Shown in pieces: positions 54,942 through 64,000 of a stretch of DNA of 64,000 nt (position 1 is the stretch's first letter; every line of letters begins with the position of its first letter). The notes below the pieces were generated by a model. It ran no database searches. It saw only the letters and a program-made list of their open reading frames with translations, and was not told where the DNA came from. Both the position numbers and the translations under genes were made by a program. The stretch lies in NCBI GenBank assembly GCA_949285735.1, contig CASEAQ010000021.1, forward strand, positions 5,737 to 69,736. The letters are read 5' to 3'. Source of the DNA: an uncultured Bacteroidales bacterium (lineage in GTDB: Bacteria > Bacteroidota > Bacteroidia > Bacteroidales > Muribaculaceae).

Positions 54942-54965
54942 GCGTGTTATCATGTGATTGCTTTT

Positions 54966-56255
54966 TTATCTGCCAGTCGCCTGCAAATATTCCACAATCT
55001 TTATCCTGTATTGCGAATAGGCATCGACATACTTGTCACGGCTCTGCCTGAAGAGGCTTTGAGCATCGAGCAAGTCGCTCATCGTGGTCGTTCCGGCACG
55101 GTAATACTGCTCGTTGAGCCGCAAGTTCTCGGTCGATTGCTCTATCGAGTTGTGGGCAATCAACATCTGCTTGTAGGCATCCTGCAAGTCGTTCCACGAC
55201 TTCTGCATACCTATCACCAGCAACTCGGAGTTGTCGGCAAGCAGGTTTTCGGCATTTGCCACCTCCAACTTCTGTTTCTTAATGTCGTGCGAACCGCTCC
55301 ACCAGCCCGACAGCGGTATCGACACCGACACAAACGCCATTGCCACAGGCTTGTCGCGGTCGGTGAGGTTGTCGTGCATGAAGCTGCCGCCCACAGCCAC
55401 CGTGGGCATATTCTTTCCCACTGTCATCTTTTGTTGCAACTTGCTTGCCTTCACGTTGCTCTCAAGCAAGCGGTAGCCGGTAGTCTGCGACAATGCGCCC
55501 ACATGGTCGCAATATATGTCTTGCGGAAACATCGGCACCTCGTCGGTAGGCACATCACACACCACCTCGATGCTGTCGGTTTCGGCACCGATATACTGTG
55601 CAAGCATCATGCGGCTCAGAGCCAACCCGTTTTCCAAGTTGACGCGGCTGCTCTTCACGTCGTTCTGCTTCAATTGCACCTGCAGCAAGTCGTTGCGGGT
55701 GGTCAACCCGGCATTCACCGACACCTGCACGTCGTGGCACAGCGTGTCGAGCTGCTGCTCAATGGCACACAGCGTGTTGAGCTTCTCCTGCAGCGTCACC
55801 ACCTGCCAGTAGTATTGTTCCACCGTCAGGCTCACCTCGTTCTCGGCTTGCTCGCGCTGCACCTCGCTCACCTCCACTCCGATGTTGGCAAGGCGGTTGC
55901 CATTCACAATCTGTCCGCCGGCAAACAGCGGCTGGGTCAAAGTGATGCCCCCGGCAATACCTTTCTTGAGCAACGACATGCTCATGCCAGGCGACATATC
56001 CATCTTCATCAGCCCGTGGTTTCCCACAAACCCCATTCCCGACGCGCTAAGCGAGGGGAAGTAGGTCGTGAACGTGCTTTTCTGTGCCTGCTGTGCCGAC
56101 TCGAGCGAATTGTTGGCGTTGCGCATCTTCACGTTGTTATCGATAGCCATGCTGCGGCACTCATCGAGCGTGTATGTCACCTTTTGTGCCTGGCTGGGCA
56201 TCACGCCGATGCCAAGTGCCACAAAAGCCATTATCCATTTATATCTGTTTTTCAT
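54966..56255 (-). CDS. TolC family outer-membrane efflux protein
   Basis: Signal peptide MKNRYKWIMAFVALGIGVMPSQAQ and two OEP repeats. It is the last gene of the adaptor-RND-OMF operon. An alternative start lies at 56285. Confidence 0.9.
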   Translation of the reverse strand: MKNRYKWIMAFVALGIGVMPSQAQKVTYTLDECRSMAIDNNVKMRNANNSLESAQQAQKSTFTTYFPSLSASGMGFVGNHGLMKMDMSPGMSMSLLKKGIAGGITLTQPLFAGGQIVNGNRLANIGVEVSEVQREQAENEVSLTVEQYYWQVVTLQEKLNTLCAIEQQLDTLCHDVQVSVNAGLTTRNDLLQVQLKQNDVKSSRVNLENGLALSRMMLAQYIGAETDSIEVVCDVPTDEVPMFPQDIYCDHVGALSQTTGYRLLESNVKASKLQQKMTVGKNMPTVAVGGSFMHDNLTDRDKPVAMAFVSVSIPLSGWWSGSHDIKKQKLEVANAENLLADNSELLVIGMQKSWNDLQDAYKQMLIAHNSIEQSTENLRLNEQYYRAGTTTMSDLLDAQSLFRQSRDKYVDAYSQYRIKIVEYLQATGR

Positions 56256-56296
56256 AATTGTTACTTTTAATAATGCGTGTGTCATTTATACATATA

Positions 56297-59200
56297 TTAT
56301 TCACGTTCAAGCAGTTCGCGCTTGCGGCGTATCTCCGTGCTACGGTTGAGCAATTTCCAGTATGCGATAGGTATCACCGTGAGGATAAAGAACATCGTAA
56401 TCAACGTGCCGTAGAAGATTACTATGCCCATAGGCATCCACAATCCGCTGCCGCCCAATATCATCGGAATCACACCCATCGAGGCTGCTGCCGAGGTGAG
56501 GAATATGGGTCGCATACGACGCTGTGCCGAGTAGTAGATTGCATCCCTCACGCTCATGCACTCTTCTCTACGCAGTTCCTCGGCATAGTCTATCATGATA
56601 ATACCGTTACGCACAAGAATACCCATCAGGCTCACAAATCCCAATATGCAGGTCACGCCCAATTCGACACCATGCAGCATGATACCTATTGCCGTTCCAA
56701 ACACACACAGCGTGAGAGCCACAAGCAGCATCACGGCAGTGCCGATTCGCTTGAAGTGCCATATCAAGATGAAGAATATGATAGCTATGGCTATATACAA
56801 TGCCATCATTATCGACGGCATCTGGTCTTCGCTCTCTTCCAATTCGCCACCGTATGTCACCGTCACCCCGTCGGCAAACGGTGCGGCAGCCAACAATTCC
56901 TTCACCTTGTCGGTGGCTTGCATGGCGTTGACGCCACGCTCCATCTCAGCCATCACGGTTATGGTGCGCACACCGTTGCGGCGTACAATCTGTCCGTTCT
57001 CCCACGACGGCTCCACCGTTGCCACTTGGCGCAATGGCACATTGCCCAGTCCGCCTGCCACGGGGATAAGTTCGTCTTTCAGGTTGCCGAAGTCGGCGCT
57101 GTCGGAGCGGTTGCTCTTCAACACCACATTTATGTCGTAGTCGCCTTCCCACATCGTTCCCACGGGCACTCCGCCGCCATAGCGCATGGCAAGCGTCGTT
57201 TCGAGCTGGGCGTTGGTGATGCCCAGGCGGGTCGAAGCCTCCTCGTCGAGCGTGATGCGAGTTGCTGCCATCGGCTCGTTGAAGTTTGTCCTCACGAGGT
57301 TCAGCTCGGGCATAGTACGCAACAATGCAGTAACGCGCTCAGCTTCCTTTTCAAGCACCTCAAGGTCGTCGCCACTCAATCTCACCTCTATCGGCGACAC
57401 GGCTTCGCTATACTCAAGTTGCTTGAACTTAACCACAGCCTCGGGGAAAGCGTCGCGGTACTTCGGTGCATACTCGTCGAGCAATTCCTCGGTGGCTTCA
57501 TTGCTGACAGTGTTGACAATGAACTGTGCGAAATTCGAGCCGCCCATCTGCGGGGCATACGAGTTCTGGAACCGTGGCGAGGCACACCCTTTGAACGATG
57601 CCACCGACACCACACGCCCGTCCTGGCGCAACAGGTGTTCGAGGCTGTCGGCAACTATTGCCGTCTTCTCAACGGCAGTTCCGGTGGGCATGTATATCTC
57701 CACTGCAAACTGGTTGCGCTCAGCCTTTGGCAGCAACTTCTGCGGCAGTCCTCCAAGCATTACTGCGCCCACCACTACCGACACACCGCCCATCACCAAC
57801 ACGGCAGTCGGGTGCTTGAAGCACTTGTCGAGCAAGTGGTTGTAACCATTTTGCAACAGATCGAGGAACGAGAATTTGCGCTTGCCGTCCTTTGGCAATT
57901 CGCTTTGTATGGGCTTGCGGATAAAGTAAAATTGCATGAACGGTACAATCAACTCAGCCACAAGCAGCGAAATCATCAATATTATCGTTACTGCCCACGG
58001 GAAACTTGCTACGAAGTCGGCTGTCATACCCGTCAACGTGAACAGGAACGGGAAGAATGTGATACTGATGGCAAGCGTTGCCGAGAATATCGACTTGAAG
58101 AAGTGGGTGGCACTCTTTATCGACGCATGCCAGCGCGACATTCCAGAGGAAATAAGTTCAAGGTAATTGTCGATGATTACTATCGAGTTGTCAACAATCA
58201 TTCCAAGCGTCACAATCAAGGCTGCAAGCGTCACTGTGTTAAGCTCGATGCCAAAGGCATAGAACAGCCCGAGCGAAATGAAGATGGTGATAGGAATGGT
58301 CGAAGCAGCCACAAGAGCCACACGCAACGGCATGAGCAACATCACCACTACAATCACGGCGCAGATGGCTATCACCAACTCTTTAAGGAATGTGGCAACA
58401 CTGTCGTCAACCACCTTGCTTTGGTCGGTAATCTTGAATATTGTCACATCATCGGGCAACGTCTGCTCAAAGGCTTCAAGCTCGGCTTTCACCATTTCGC
58501 CCATCTCGACGATGTTTTTCCCTTTCTTCATCTCAACGCTGAGTAACAGGCACTTCTCGCCATTGTTGGTGATATAGCTTTCAGGCGTGGGATATTCCTT
58601 CACCACACGAGCCACATTTTTAAGCCGCACGTTCTGCCCGTCGGGAGTTGAGAATATTATCATCTCCTGCACATCATGCAACGTGTTCATCGAGCGGCTC
58701 ACATAGATGGGCGACACATAGTCGGTGTCTTTCACCCTGCCAGCCGTCGTGGCAAATCCCTTGCTGAACAGCGTCATGGCAAGCGACTGGTCGCTGATGC
58801 CATAATGCGACAGGCGGTCGTTGTCCAGGTAAACCGAGATTTGCTCCTGCTGCATACCATAGACATTCATGCGACCCACGCTCTCGATGCGGCGCAAGCG
58901 GTCTTTCAGGTCGTCCATGTAGTCGTTGAGTTCGCGGTAGGTCTTGTCCTCGCTCTCCATGGTGATGAGCAATGCCGACGTGTCGCCGAAGTCGTCCATC
59001 ACCTGCACAGCCAACACGCCCTTGGGCAACTGGCTCTTGAAGTCGTTGATGCCATGCTTGAACTTGCTCCAAAACTCGTCATTGTTGTTGAGTTCGTCGT
59101 TCAACTGCACTTGTATCACCACCATACCGTCCTTGCTGGTCGAGTGGGTCTTGGATTTTTTCACCTCTTTGTAGCTGAATATGTAGTCTTCGAGCGGCTT

Positions 59201-59410
59201 TGTCACCTGCTCCTCCACCTCGGCGGCAGTGTAGCCCGGGCACACGGCAGCCACTATTCCCTGACGAATAGTGAAATCGGGGAACTCATTCTTCTTCATA
59301 TCCGACAGTCCGAAGATGCCGAACACCATCAGGCAGCACGTCAGCAAGATAATAATCTGCCTGTAGTGCATCGCCCATTCCACCAGGTTGCGTTTTTTCT
59401 CCTTTTTCAT
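56297..59410 (-). CDS. efflux RND transporter permease subunit (AcrB/HAE1-like)
   Basis: 1037 aa with 12 TM helices and two large periplasmic loops; typical N-terminus (VEWAMHYRQIIILLTCCLMVFGIFGL). Confidence 0.95.
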   Translation of the reverse strand: MKKEKKRNLVEWAMHYRQIIILLTCCLMVFGIFGLSDMKKNEFPDFTIRQGIVAAVCPGYTAAEVEEQVTKPLEDYIFSYKEVKKSKTHSTSKDGMVVIQVQLNDELNNNDEFWSKFKHGINDFKSQLPKGVLAVQVMDDFGDTSALLITMESEDKTYRELNDYMDDLKDRLRRIESVGRMNVYGMQQEQISVYLDNDRLSHYGISDQSLAMTLFSKGFATTAGRVKDTDYVSPIYVSRSMNTLHDVQEMIIFSTPDGQNVRLKNVARVVKEYPTPESYITNNGEKCLLLSVEMKKGKNIVEMGEMVKAELEAFEQTLPDDVTIFKITDQSKVVDDSVATFLKELVIAICAVIVVVMLLMPLRVALVAASTIPITIFISLGLFYAFGIELNTVTLAALIVTLGMIVDNSIVIIDNYLELISSGMSRWHASIKSATHFFKSIFSATLAISITFFPFLFTLTGMTADFVASFPWAVTIILMISLLVAELIVPFMQFYFIRKPIQSELPKDGKRKFSFLDLLQNGYNHLLDKCFKHPTAVLVMGGVSVVVGAVMLGGLPQKLLPKAERNQFAVEIYMPTGTAVEKTAIVADSLEHLLRQDGRVVSVASFKGCASPRFQNSYAPQMGGSNFAQFIVNTVSNEATEELLDEYAPKYRDAFPEAVVKFKQLEYSEAVSPIEVRLSGDDLEVLEKEAERVTALLRTMPELNLVRTNFNEPMAATRITLDEEASTRLGITNAQLETTLAMRYGGGVPVGTMWEGDYDINVVLKSNRSDSADFGNLKDELIPVAGGLGNVPLRQVATVEPSWENGQIVRRNGVRTITVMAEMERGVNAMQATDKVKELLAAAPFADGVTVTYGGELEESEDQMPSIMMALYIAIAIIFFILIWHFKRIGTAVMLLVALTLCVFGTAIGIMLHGVELGVTCILGFVSLMGILVRNGIIMIDYAEELRREECMSVRDAIYYSAQRRMRPIFLTSAAASMGVIPMILGGSGLWMPMGIVIFYGTLITMFFILTVIPIAYWKLLNRSTEIRRKRELLERE

Positions 59411-59429
59411 AACCTGTTATACCCTTTAT

Positions 59430-60467
59430 TTATTCTTCAACCATTATACTCATTTGTTCGCTCACTTTCTGCTGCCCTTCGACAAGCACTTCATCACCCA
59501 CGGCGAGGCCTCCTGTCACCACGATACCATCTTTCGACAACATACCGGTCTCAACAACTCTCTTGGCAGCCCTGCCACCGTCGTTAACCCACACAAACGA
59601 CTGGTTGTCGCTGTCGAGCTGAATCACGTTGCACGGCAGCTCTATCACCTCCCGGCTCTCGTCGGTACCAATGAACAGGTCGCATATCATGCCCGGCAGC
59701 AACTCGCCCGAAGGATTCTCAACGAGTGCTTTCACCTCATACGAGCGCGACAGACGGTTGGCTGACACATTCTTTTCAACCACTTTTCCCTCAAACGTTT
59801 TCCCGTCGAGAGCCGACACCACGATGTTGACACTCTGCCCCGTCGCAACGTGCGAAATCTCATTCTCTGGCACCGAGATGCTCACCTTCACGCGGTCAAC
59901 AGCCACGAGCTTCACCACTGGCGAGCCGGGCATCACGTTCTGCCCCACTTCGACATTCTTCTCGGAGATGACACCCGAGAACGGGGCATATAGCTTGCTA
60001 TCCTCAAGATTCTTTTTTGCAATCTGCTCTGCCGAGCGTGCTTGCCTAAGGCTGCTTTGCGCTTCCACCCATTGTATCTCGGGCAAGCTATTGTTGTCGT
60101 GCAACTGCTTCATGCGCCAATAGGCATCTTCGGCTTGCTCCAGCACCGATGCAGCTGCATCGTAGGCATTCAGCAAAGTGGTCTCGTCAACGGTGGCAAT
60201 CAATTGCCCGCTGCCCACTCGCTGCCCGGTGGAAACATTCAATTGCTGTATAGTTCCCGAAACGGGGAAGCTCAACGTCGAGCCTTTCACCTCTTCCACT
60301 GTTCCCGAATAATGTTGTCCTATATTAGCTTCGACCGATTCAATCTTCATCGTCTTTACCTTGACGGGAGCCGCATTCACGGCTTCTGCCGATTCTTGTT
60401 GCTTACAGCCAACAGCCGCAAACATCAACGATAGCACGACTGCTACATTACAATACATCTTTTTCAT
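59430..60467 (-). CDS. efflux RND transporter periplasmic adaptor subunit (lipoprotein)
   Basis: Lipoprotein signal MKKMYCNVAVVLSLMFAAVGC, followed by a biotinyl-lipoyl/hairpin/beta-barrel MFP fold. The track start at 60602 lies upstream of the likely promoter; an alternative start lies at 60479. Confidence 0.9.
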   Translation of the reverse strand: MKKMYCNVAVVLSLMFAAVGCKQQESAEAVNAAPVKVKTMKIESVEANIGQHYSGTVEEVKGSTLSFPVSGTIQQLNVSTGQRVGSGQLIATVDETTLLNAYDAAASVLEQAEDAYWRMKQLHDNNSLPEIQWVEAQSSLRQARSAEQIAKKNLEDSKLYAPFSGVISEKNVEVGQNVMPGSPVVKLVAVDRVKVSISVPENEISHVATGQSVNIVVSALDGKTFEGKVVEKNVSANRLSRSYEVKALVENPSGELLPGMICDLFIGTDESREVIELPCNVIQLDSDNQSFVWVNDGGRAAKRVVETGMLSKDGIVVTGGLAVGDEVLVEGQQKVSEQMSIMVEE

Positions 60468-60675
60468 ACTCACTCTCATTTTAATGTGTGAAATTGTTCT
60501 TTTTTCTATTTGTTGTTCATTTTCTTTTTTCAGCTGCAAAGTTGCAGATAAATAAACCACAATCAGTGTCCTAAAAGTCTGATAAAAATAGATATTATTC
60601 AATATAGTACACCCAATCAGAATATAATCACACTATATCTGCATTTTTGAACACTTTAGTTAAAGTAATAAAGGA

Positions 60676-60683
60676 TAATTTTG
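60676..60683 (+). promoter_or_regulatory. -7 promoter box TAATTTTG (AraC regulator gene)
   Basis: Exact TAnnTTTG match 31 nt upstream of the ATG at 60714. It overlaps the TTG start at 60681 used in the ORF track. Confidence 0.55.
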
Positions 60684-60713
60684 CACCAGAAACAAAACAA
60701 ATATAACACTCGT

Positions 60714-61619
60714 ATGGAAAAAGAAGACATTCTTCAAGTCGGTTTTGACCAAATCAAAAATTTACACGAAATCGACTATATGGATGGCAACATTGCTTTC
60801 CATAAAGACATAAGAGAACTCCCAACCGAAAACGGAACTATAAGAATGAACATGTATGCAATGGTACCCTGCTCGAAAGGAAGGTTACAAGTGGAATTGG
60901 ACACCGAGACATTCACCATCGGGTCGAACGACTTGCTGATATGCTCTCCCAACACGCTCATCACCAATTGCATGCTGACTCCCGACTTCGACGGTGCAAT
61001 AATGTGTATTTCGCAACGGGTGATTTCCGAGAGCTTTTCTCAAAGCAACATGTGGGAAAGGGCGTTCCGATTCTCAAAAAATCCCATCTTGCATTTCGGC
61101 AATGAGGACAACTTAAAGTTAATTAAATTGTATGGAGAACTACTTATCGAAAAAGCCAAATCGAAACAAACACAATATAAAAAAGAAATAATAAACTCAC
61201 TGGTCAAGGCTGTAATATACGAAGTGTTGGCAAACGCCGAAACATCAGCACCAACCAACATCAACATAACGTCGAAGCAACGCGACGTGCTATTCAAGCG
61301 TTTCATCAACCTCATCACCGATATGGCAGTAAAACCTCGGTCGGTGGCTTGGTATGCCGACCGCCTCTGTGTCACGCCCAAGCACCTGTCGGCAGTATGC
61401 AAGCAAGTGAGCGGGCGCACGGCATTAGATTGGATTTCGGAATACGCCCTTATCGACATTCGATATTACCTGAAAAATTCCGAAAAATCAATAAAGGAGA
61501 TTGCCGACCTGCTCGACTTCCCCAACATTTCATTTTTCGGCAAATACTGCCGCCAGCACTTCGGAATGTCGCCCAAGGAATACCGCCGGCAGTTGCGCGA
61601 GGAGCCGGTCAGCAATTAG
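60714..61619 (+). CDS. AraC family transcriptional regulator
   Basis: C-terminal double HTH (VAWYADRLCVTPKHLSAVCK ... IKEIADLLDFPNISFFGKYCRQHFGMSPKEYR). It is divergent from the efflux operon. Confidence 0.88.
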   Translation: MEKEDILQVGFDQIKNLHEIDYMDGNIAFHKDIRELPTENGTIRMNMYAMVPCSKGRLQVELDTETFTIGSNDLLICSPNTLITNCMLTPDFDGAIMCISQRVISESFSQSNMWERAFRFSKNPILHFGNEDNLKLIKLYGELLIEKAKSKQTQYKKEIINSLVKAVIYEVLANAETSAPTNINITSKQRDVLFKRFINLITDMAVKPRSVAWYADRLCVTPKHLSAVCKQVSGRTALDWISEYALIDIRYYLKNSEKSIKEIADLLDFPNISFFGKYCRQHFGMSPKEYRRQLREEPVSN

Positions 61620-62797
61620 CCTGCTGACTTCATACTTTTGTGAGCCAGCACACAACTTGTTGCAGTAAGCAATACGAAAATTATGGACGAAGTGATGAAA
61701 ATATTCCCGAGCCCGACCAACGGCGATGCCAGTCCGCCTGCCACATAGCCCATTGCTCCGAAGAATGCCGATGCTATGCCGGCATTGGTGCGCTCCGACT
61801 CCATCGCAAGGGCAGTTGACGTGGTGCACACTGCCCCTACGAACAAATAAAGCGTGAACAACGCAGCCTCGTAGGCGAAAAAACCAAGGTGCAACATCAA
61901 TGCCAAGGCAAGCAGCAACGAAGCCCCCACCATGCCCATGCTTGCCACCCTGATGACCGAGCGCATATCCTTAAACTGCGAAGCAACACCCGACGAAATT
62001 GCCAAAGCAACCGAATTTGCCCCAAAGACGAGGCTTATCTGCTCGGCCGACAAGCCGTAGCTGTCCATTATGAAGGGCCCTGAGGCAAGATTGACAAATA
62101 TCAACGCCATCACAACGCCATATTGCACAATAGCACCCACATACAGGCGATTGGCAACCACTTTGCGTATTCCAGTGAACAGTGCCGAAGGATTGAGGCG
62201 GACACGGTTGCAAGACGGCAACGATTCTCTGAGGCACACCGTACCAAACATCATCACCACGCCTATCGCCGCCAATCCCCAGAAAACTGCCCTCCAGCCA
62301 TACGCGCCTATGATGAAGCCACCGAACATGGGAGCAAGGACGGTCGAAACACCGTTTATCATGCCTATTATGCCAAACATCGACGACAGCGCGCTACCCG
62401 AGTAACAGTCGGCAACAATCGACCTCGAGATGACAACCGCACCGGCAGCCGCCAGCCCTTGGAAAAAGCGCATCGCTATGAACATCGCTATCGACGGCGA
62501 TGCAAGGCAACCTAATGTGGCAAGCAAGAATAGCACTATCGACATCATCAACGGCGTGCGTCTGCCATAGCAGTCGCTCACCGTGCCAAAAAAGAGCTGC
62601 CCCAAGGCAAGTCCTACGGTACAAGCCGTCAACGACAGTTGCACCACCGACGGTGTGCTGTTATAAAACTCTGTTATCTGTGGAAATGCCGAAATATACA
62701 TATCCATAACAAATGGACCAAAGGCACTCAACAGCCCTAAAAAACCTTCTAAGAACGTTCGTGAATTAACCCTTTTTACTCCAGATACAGTTTGCAT
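61616..62797 (-). CDS. MFS multidrug efflux transporter, Bcr/CflA family
   Basis: 12 TM helices, FVMDMYISAFPQI in TM1 and the GTVSDCYGRRTPL motif A. Confidence 0.88.
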   Translation of the reverse strand: MQTVSGVKRVNSRTFLEGFLGLLSAFGPFVMDMYISAFPQITEFYNSTPSVVQLSLTACTVGLALGQLFFGTVSDCYGRRTPLMMSIVLFLLATLGCLASPSIAMFIAMRFFQGLAAAGAVVISRSIVADCYSGSALSSMFGIIGMINGVSTVLAPMFGGFIIGAYGWRAVFWGLAAIGVVMMFGTVCLRESLPSCNRVRLNPSALFTGIRKVVANRLYVGAIVQYGVVMALIFVNLASGPFIMDSYGLSAEQISLVFGANSVALAISSGVASQFKDMRSVIRVASMGMVGASLLLALALMLHLGFFAYEAALFTLYLFVGAVCTTSTALAMESERTNAGIASAFFGAMGYVAGGLASPLVGLGNIFITSSIIFVLLTATSCVLAHKSMKSAG

Positions 62798-62818
62798 ACA
62801 TATTCATTTTTCCGGCTG

Positions 62819-62826
62819 CAAAGGTA
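62819..62826 (-). promoter_or_regulatory. -7 promoter box TACCTTTG (Bcr/CflA MFS gene)
   Basis: Exact TAnnTTTG match (TACCTTTGCAGCC) on the minus strand, 22 nt upstream of the ATG at 62797. Confidence 0.6.
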
Positions 62827-63067
62827 GTGTTTTTAGCATTATCTGACGTTCCATAGTTTCTCCAAAACATTTCATTTTTGGAACAAATGCATCATGGCAA
62901 ATTTGCAAAAACGTCACAGACGCAGTCCAAATTCGCCCCGACACGACTTTTTCCACCGTCATTTCCCTGCTATATACTGCCCTTTCTCGTTAAACAGACT
63001 GCTGTGCCGCAACCACATCAGGGCGTTCCTTCTGTTGCTTTATTGCACCTCACTGATTTTTATTTTG

Positions 63068-63075
63068 TAAATTTG
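63068..63075 (+). promoter_or_regulatory. -7 promoter box TAAATTTG (second AraC gene)
   Basis: Exact TAnnTTTG match 12 nt upstream of the ATG at 63087. It overlaps the GTG start at 63075 used in the ORF track. Confidence 0.55.
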
Positions 63076-63086
63076 TGGCAAGCATT

Positions 63087-63968
63087 ATGGAGAATCTCGA
63101 CAACAAATCCATCATCGCGCCCCTTGCACCACGCCAAATAGTATATTCCGAGACCGACCTTGCCGACTTGGAATACACCCCTCTGCGCATCAACCACGGG
63201 ATATACATCGCCGTCGTCTCGGGAACCGCGACACTGAACACCGGTGCCGAAACCTATCACCTCGTTCCGCAAATGGAACTGTCGTTCACATCAGGCTGCT
63301 TGATGCAATGTACCAATCGCTCCAGCGATTTCAGAGTAAGGACATTCACCTACACCACCGAACTATTTGCCAAGACCACCCTGTCGATCGACCACATTTA
63401 TATCGATTACAACGAAACACACCCCTCCTACGTCCACACTCCCGACGAACGCAGCCAACGCACTTGGCAAGAGCTGTTACTGTGGCTGAATATGGCAAAA
63501 ATGCTATTCGGCAACACAGCGACACCCAAATTCAGGGAACTGCAAGAAGAAAACTTCCTGCAAAGTTTCTGGCTATGGGTATTCGGAACAATACAGGAAC
63601 GTTTCGATACCAAAAAGCAGTTTTCCAACACCCAACTCATCGCCCACCGCTTCATCAGCATGGTGAAGTCGGAAGCCACGCTGCATCACCGTGCCGATTA
63701 CTACGCCGCCAAACTCAACATCACACAACGCTATCTGAACAAGGTGGTGTGGCGACATACTCGTGGACGCACCCCCAAACAACTAATCGACGCACAACTA
63801 ATTGCCGAAATCAAGGAACTGCTGATGGACTCAACCAAGTCGGTCACACAAATTGCCGAACGCCTCAACTTCCCCGACCAGTCCTATCTGAGCCGCTTCT
63901 TCCGCCGCCACACAGGCCTGTCACCAGCCCAATACCGCAACCAGCGTTCAATACACTGGAAATTCTAA
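63087..63968 (+). CDS. AraC family transcriptional regulator
   Basis: C-terminal double HTH (ADYYAAKLNITQRYLNKVV ... VTQIAERLNFPDQSYLSRFFRRHTGLSPAQYR). It is divergent from the MFS efflux gene. Confidence 0.88.
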   Translation: MENLDNKSIIAPLAPRQIVYSETDLADLEYTPLRINHGIYIAVVSGTATLNTGAETYHLVPQMELSFTSGCLMQCTNRSSDFRVRTFTYTTELFAKTTLSIDHIYIDYNETHPSYVHTPDERSQRTWQELLLWLNMAKMLFGNTATPKFRELQEENFLQSFWLWVFGTIQERFDTKKQFSNTQLIAHRFISMVKSEATLHHRADYYAAKLNITQRYLNKVVWRHTRGRTPKQLIDAQLIAEIKELLMDSTKSVTQIAERLNFPDQSYLSRFFRRHTGLSPAQYRNQRSIHWKF

Positions 63969-64000
63969 CCTTCCCAATACAACCACTACAAATTAAGAAA

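Noticed and set aside
54659-55051. ORFs 54659-55051 (+) and 54735-54953 (-) inside the 54.5-kb spacer.
   Set aside because: They are read straight through the nested inverted repeats and through the TolC terminator hairpin. They start with TTG or lie opposite each other, and they have no promoter box. The repeat structure explains the open frames better than coding does.
1-64000. A search for tRNA, rRNA, tmRNA, RNase P, SRP RNA, IS elements, integrases and prophage genes.
   Set aside because: I could find no T-arm/acceptor patterns, no conserved RNase P or SRP cores and no transposase or integrase ORFs by eye. A tRNAscan-SE / Infernal run would be needed to be definitive.

Overview
This 64-kb chromosomal segment looks like a Bacteroidales (Bacteroidota) genome. 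It has a fused lpxC-fabZ gene, a cargo protein with a T9SS C-terminal sorting domain, and TAnnTTTG -7 promoter boxes in front of most transcription units. I call about 50 protein genes, and nearly all are housekeeping. They include clpB (5'-truncated by the window edge), recQ, lpxA/lpxC-fabZ/lpxD, a purF-like gene, dxr-rseP-rlmI-DPP III, serC-serA, gdhA, proS, murA, rimM, tsaB, yicC-gmk-nadD, an M18 aminopeptidase and a phosphosugar mutase. The right end carries an efflux cluster: TolC/RND/adaptor, a Bcr-type MFS and two AraC regulators. I found no rRNA, tRNA, CRISPR array, IS element, transposase or integrase. Five items are unusual. (1) An AT-rich two-gene ABC-type ATPase + RloB/Toprim module (AbiL-like, split-OLD architecture) sits at 28.5-30.5 kb between housekeeping genes; its ATPase is split by a single frameshift, and it has its own promoter box and a perfect 12-bp inverted repeat upstream. 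(2) A 290-nt non-coding element at 54540-54829 folds into four perfect helices. It is built from a 20-nt REP-like hairpin unit that shows compensatory stem changes, and a fifth copy lies at 26552. (3) A WcaJ-like initiating sugar-phosphate transferase is split by a frameshift at about 9325. (4) A ~1166-aa T9SS cargo protein consists only of choice-of-anchor-J/cleaved-adhesin-like and CARDB-like modules. (5) A small membrane protein is translationally coupled (TAATG) to an NSS-family sodium symporter. All calls come from reading the sequence and recognising motifs; no database search was run.
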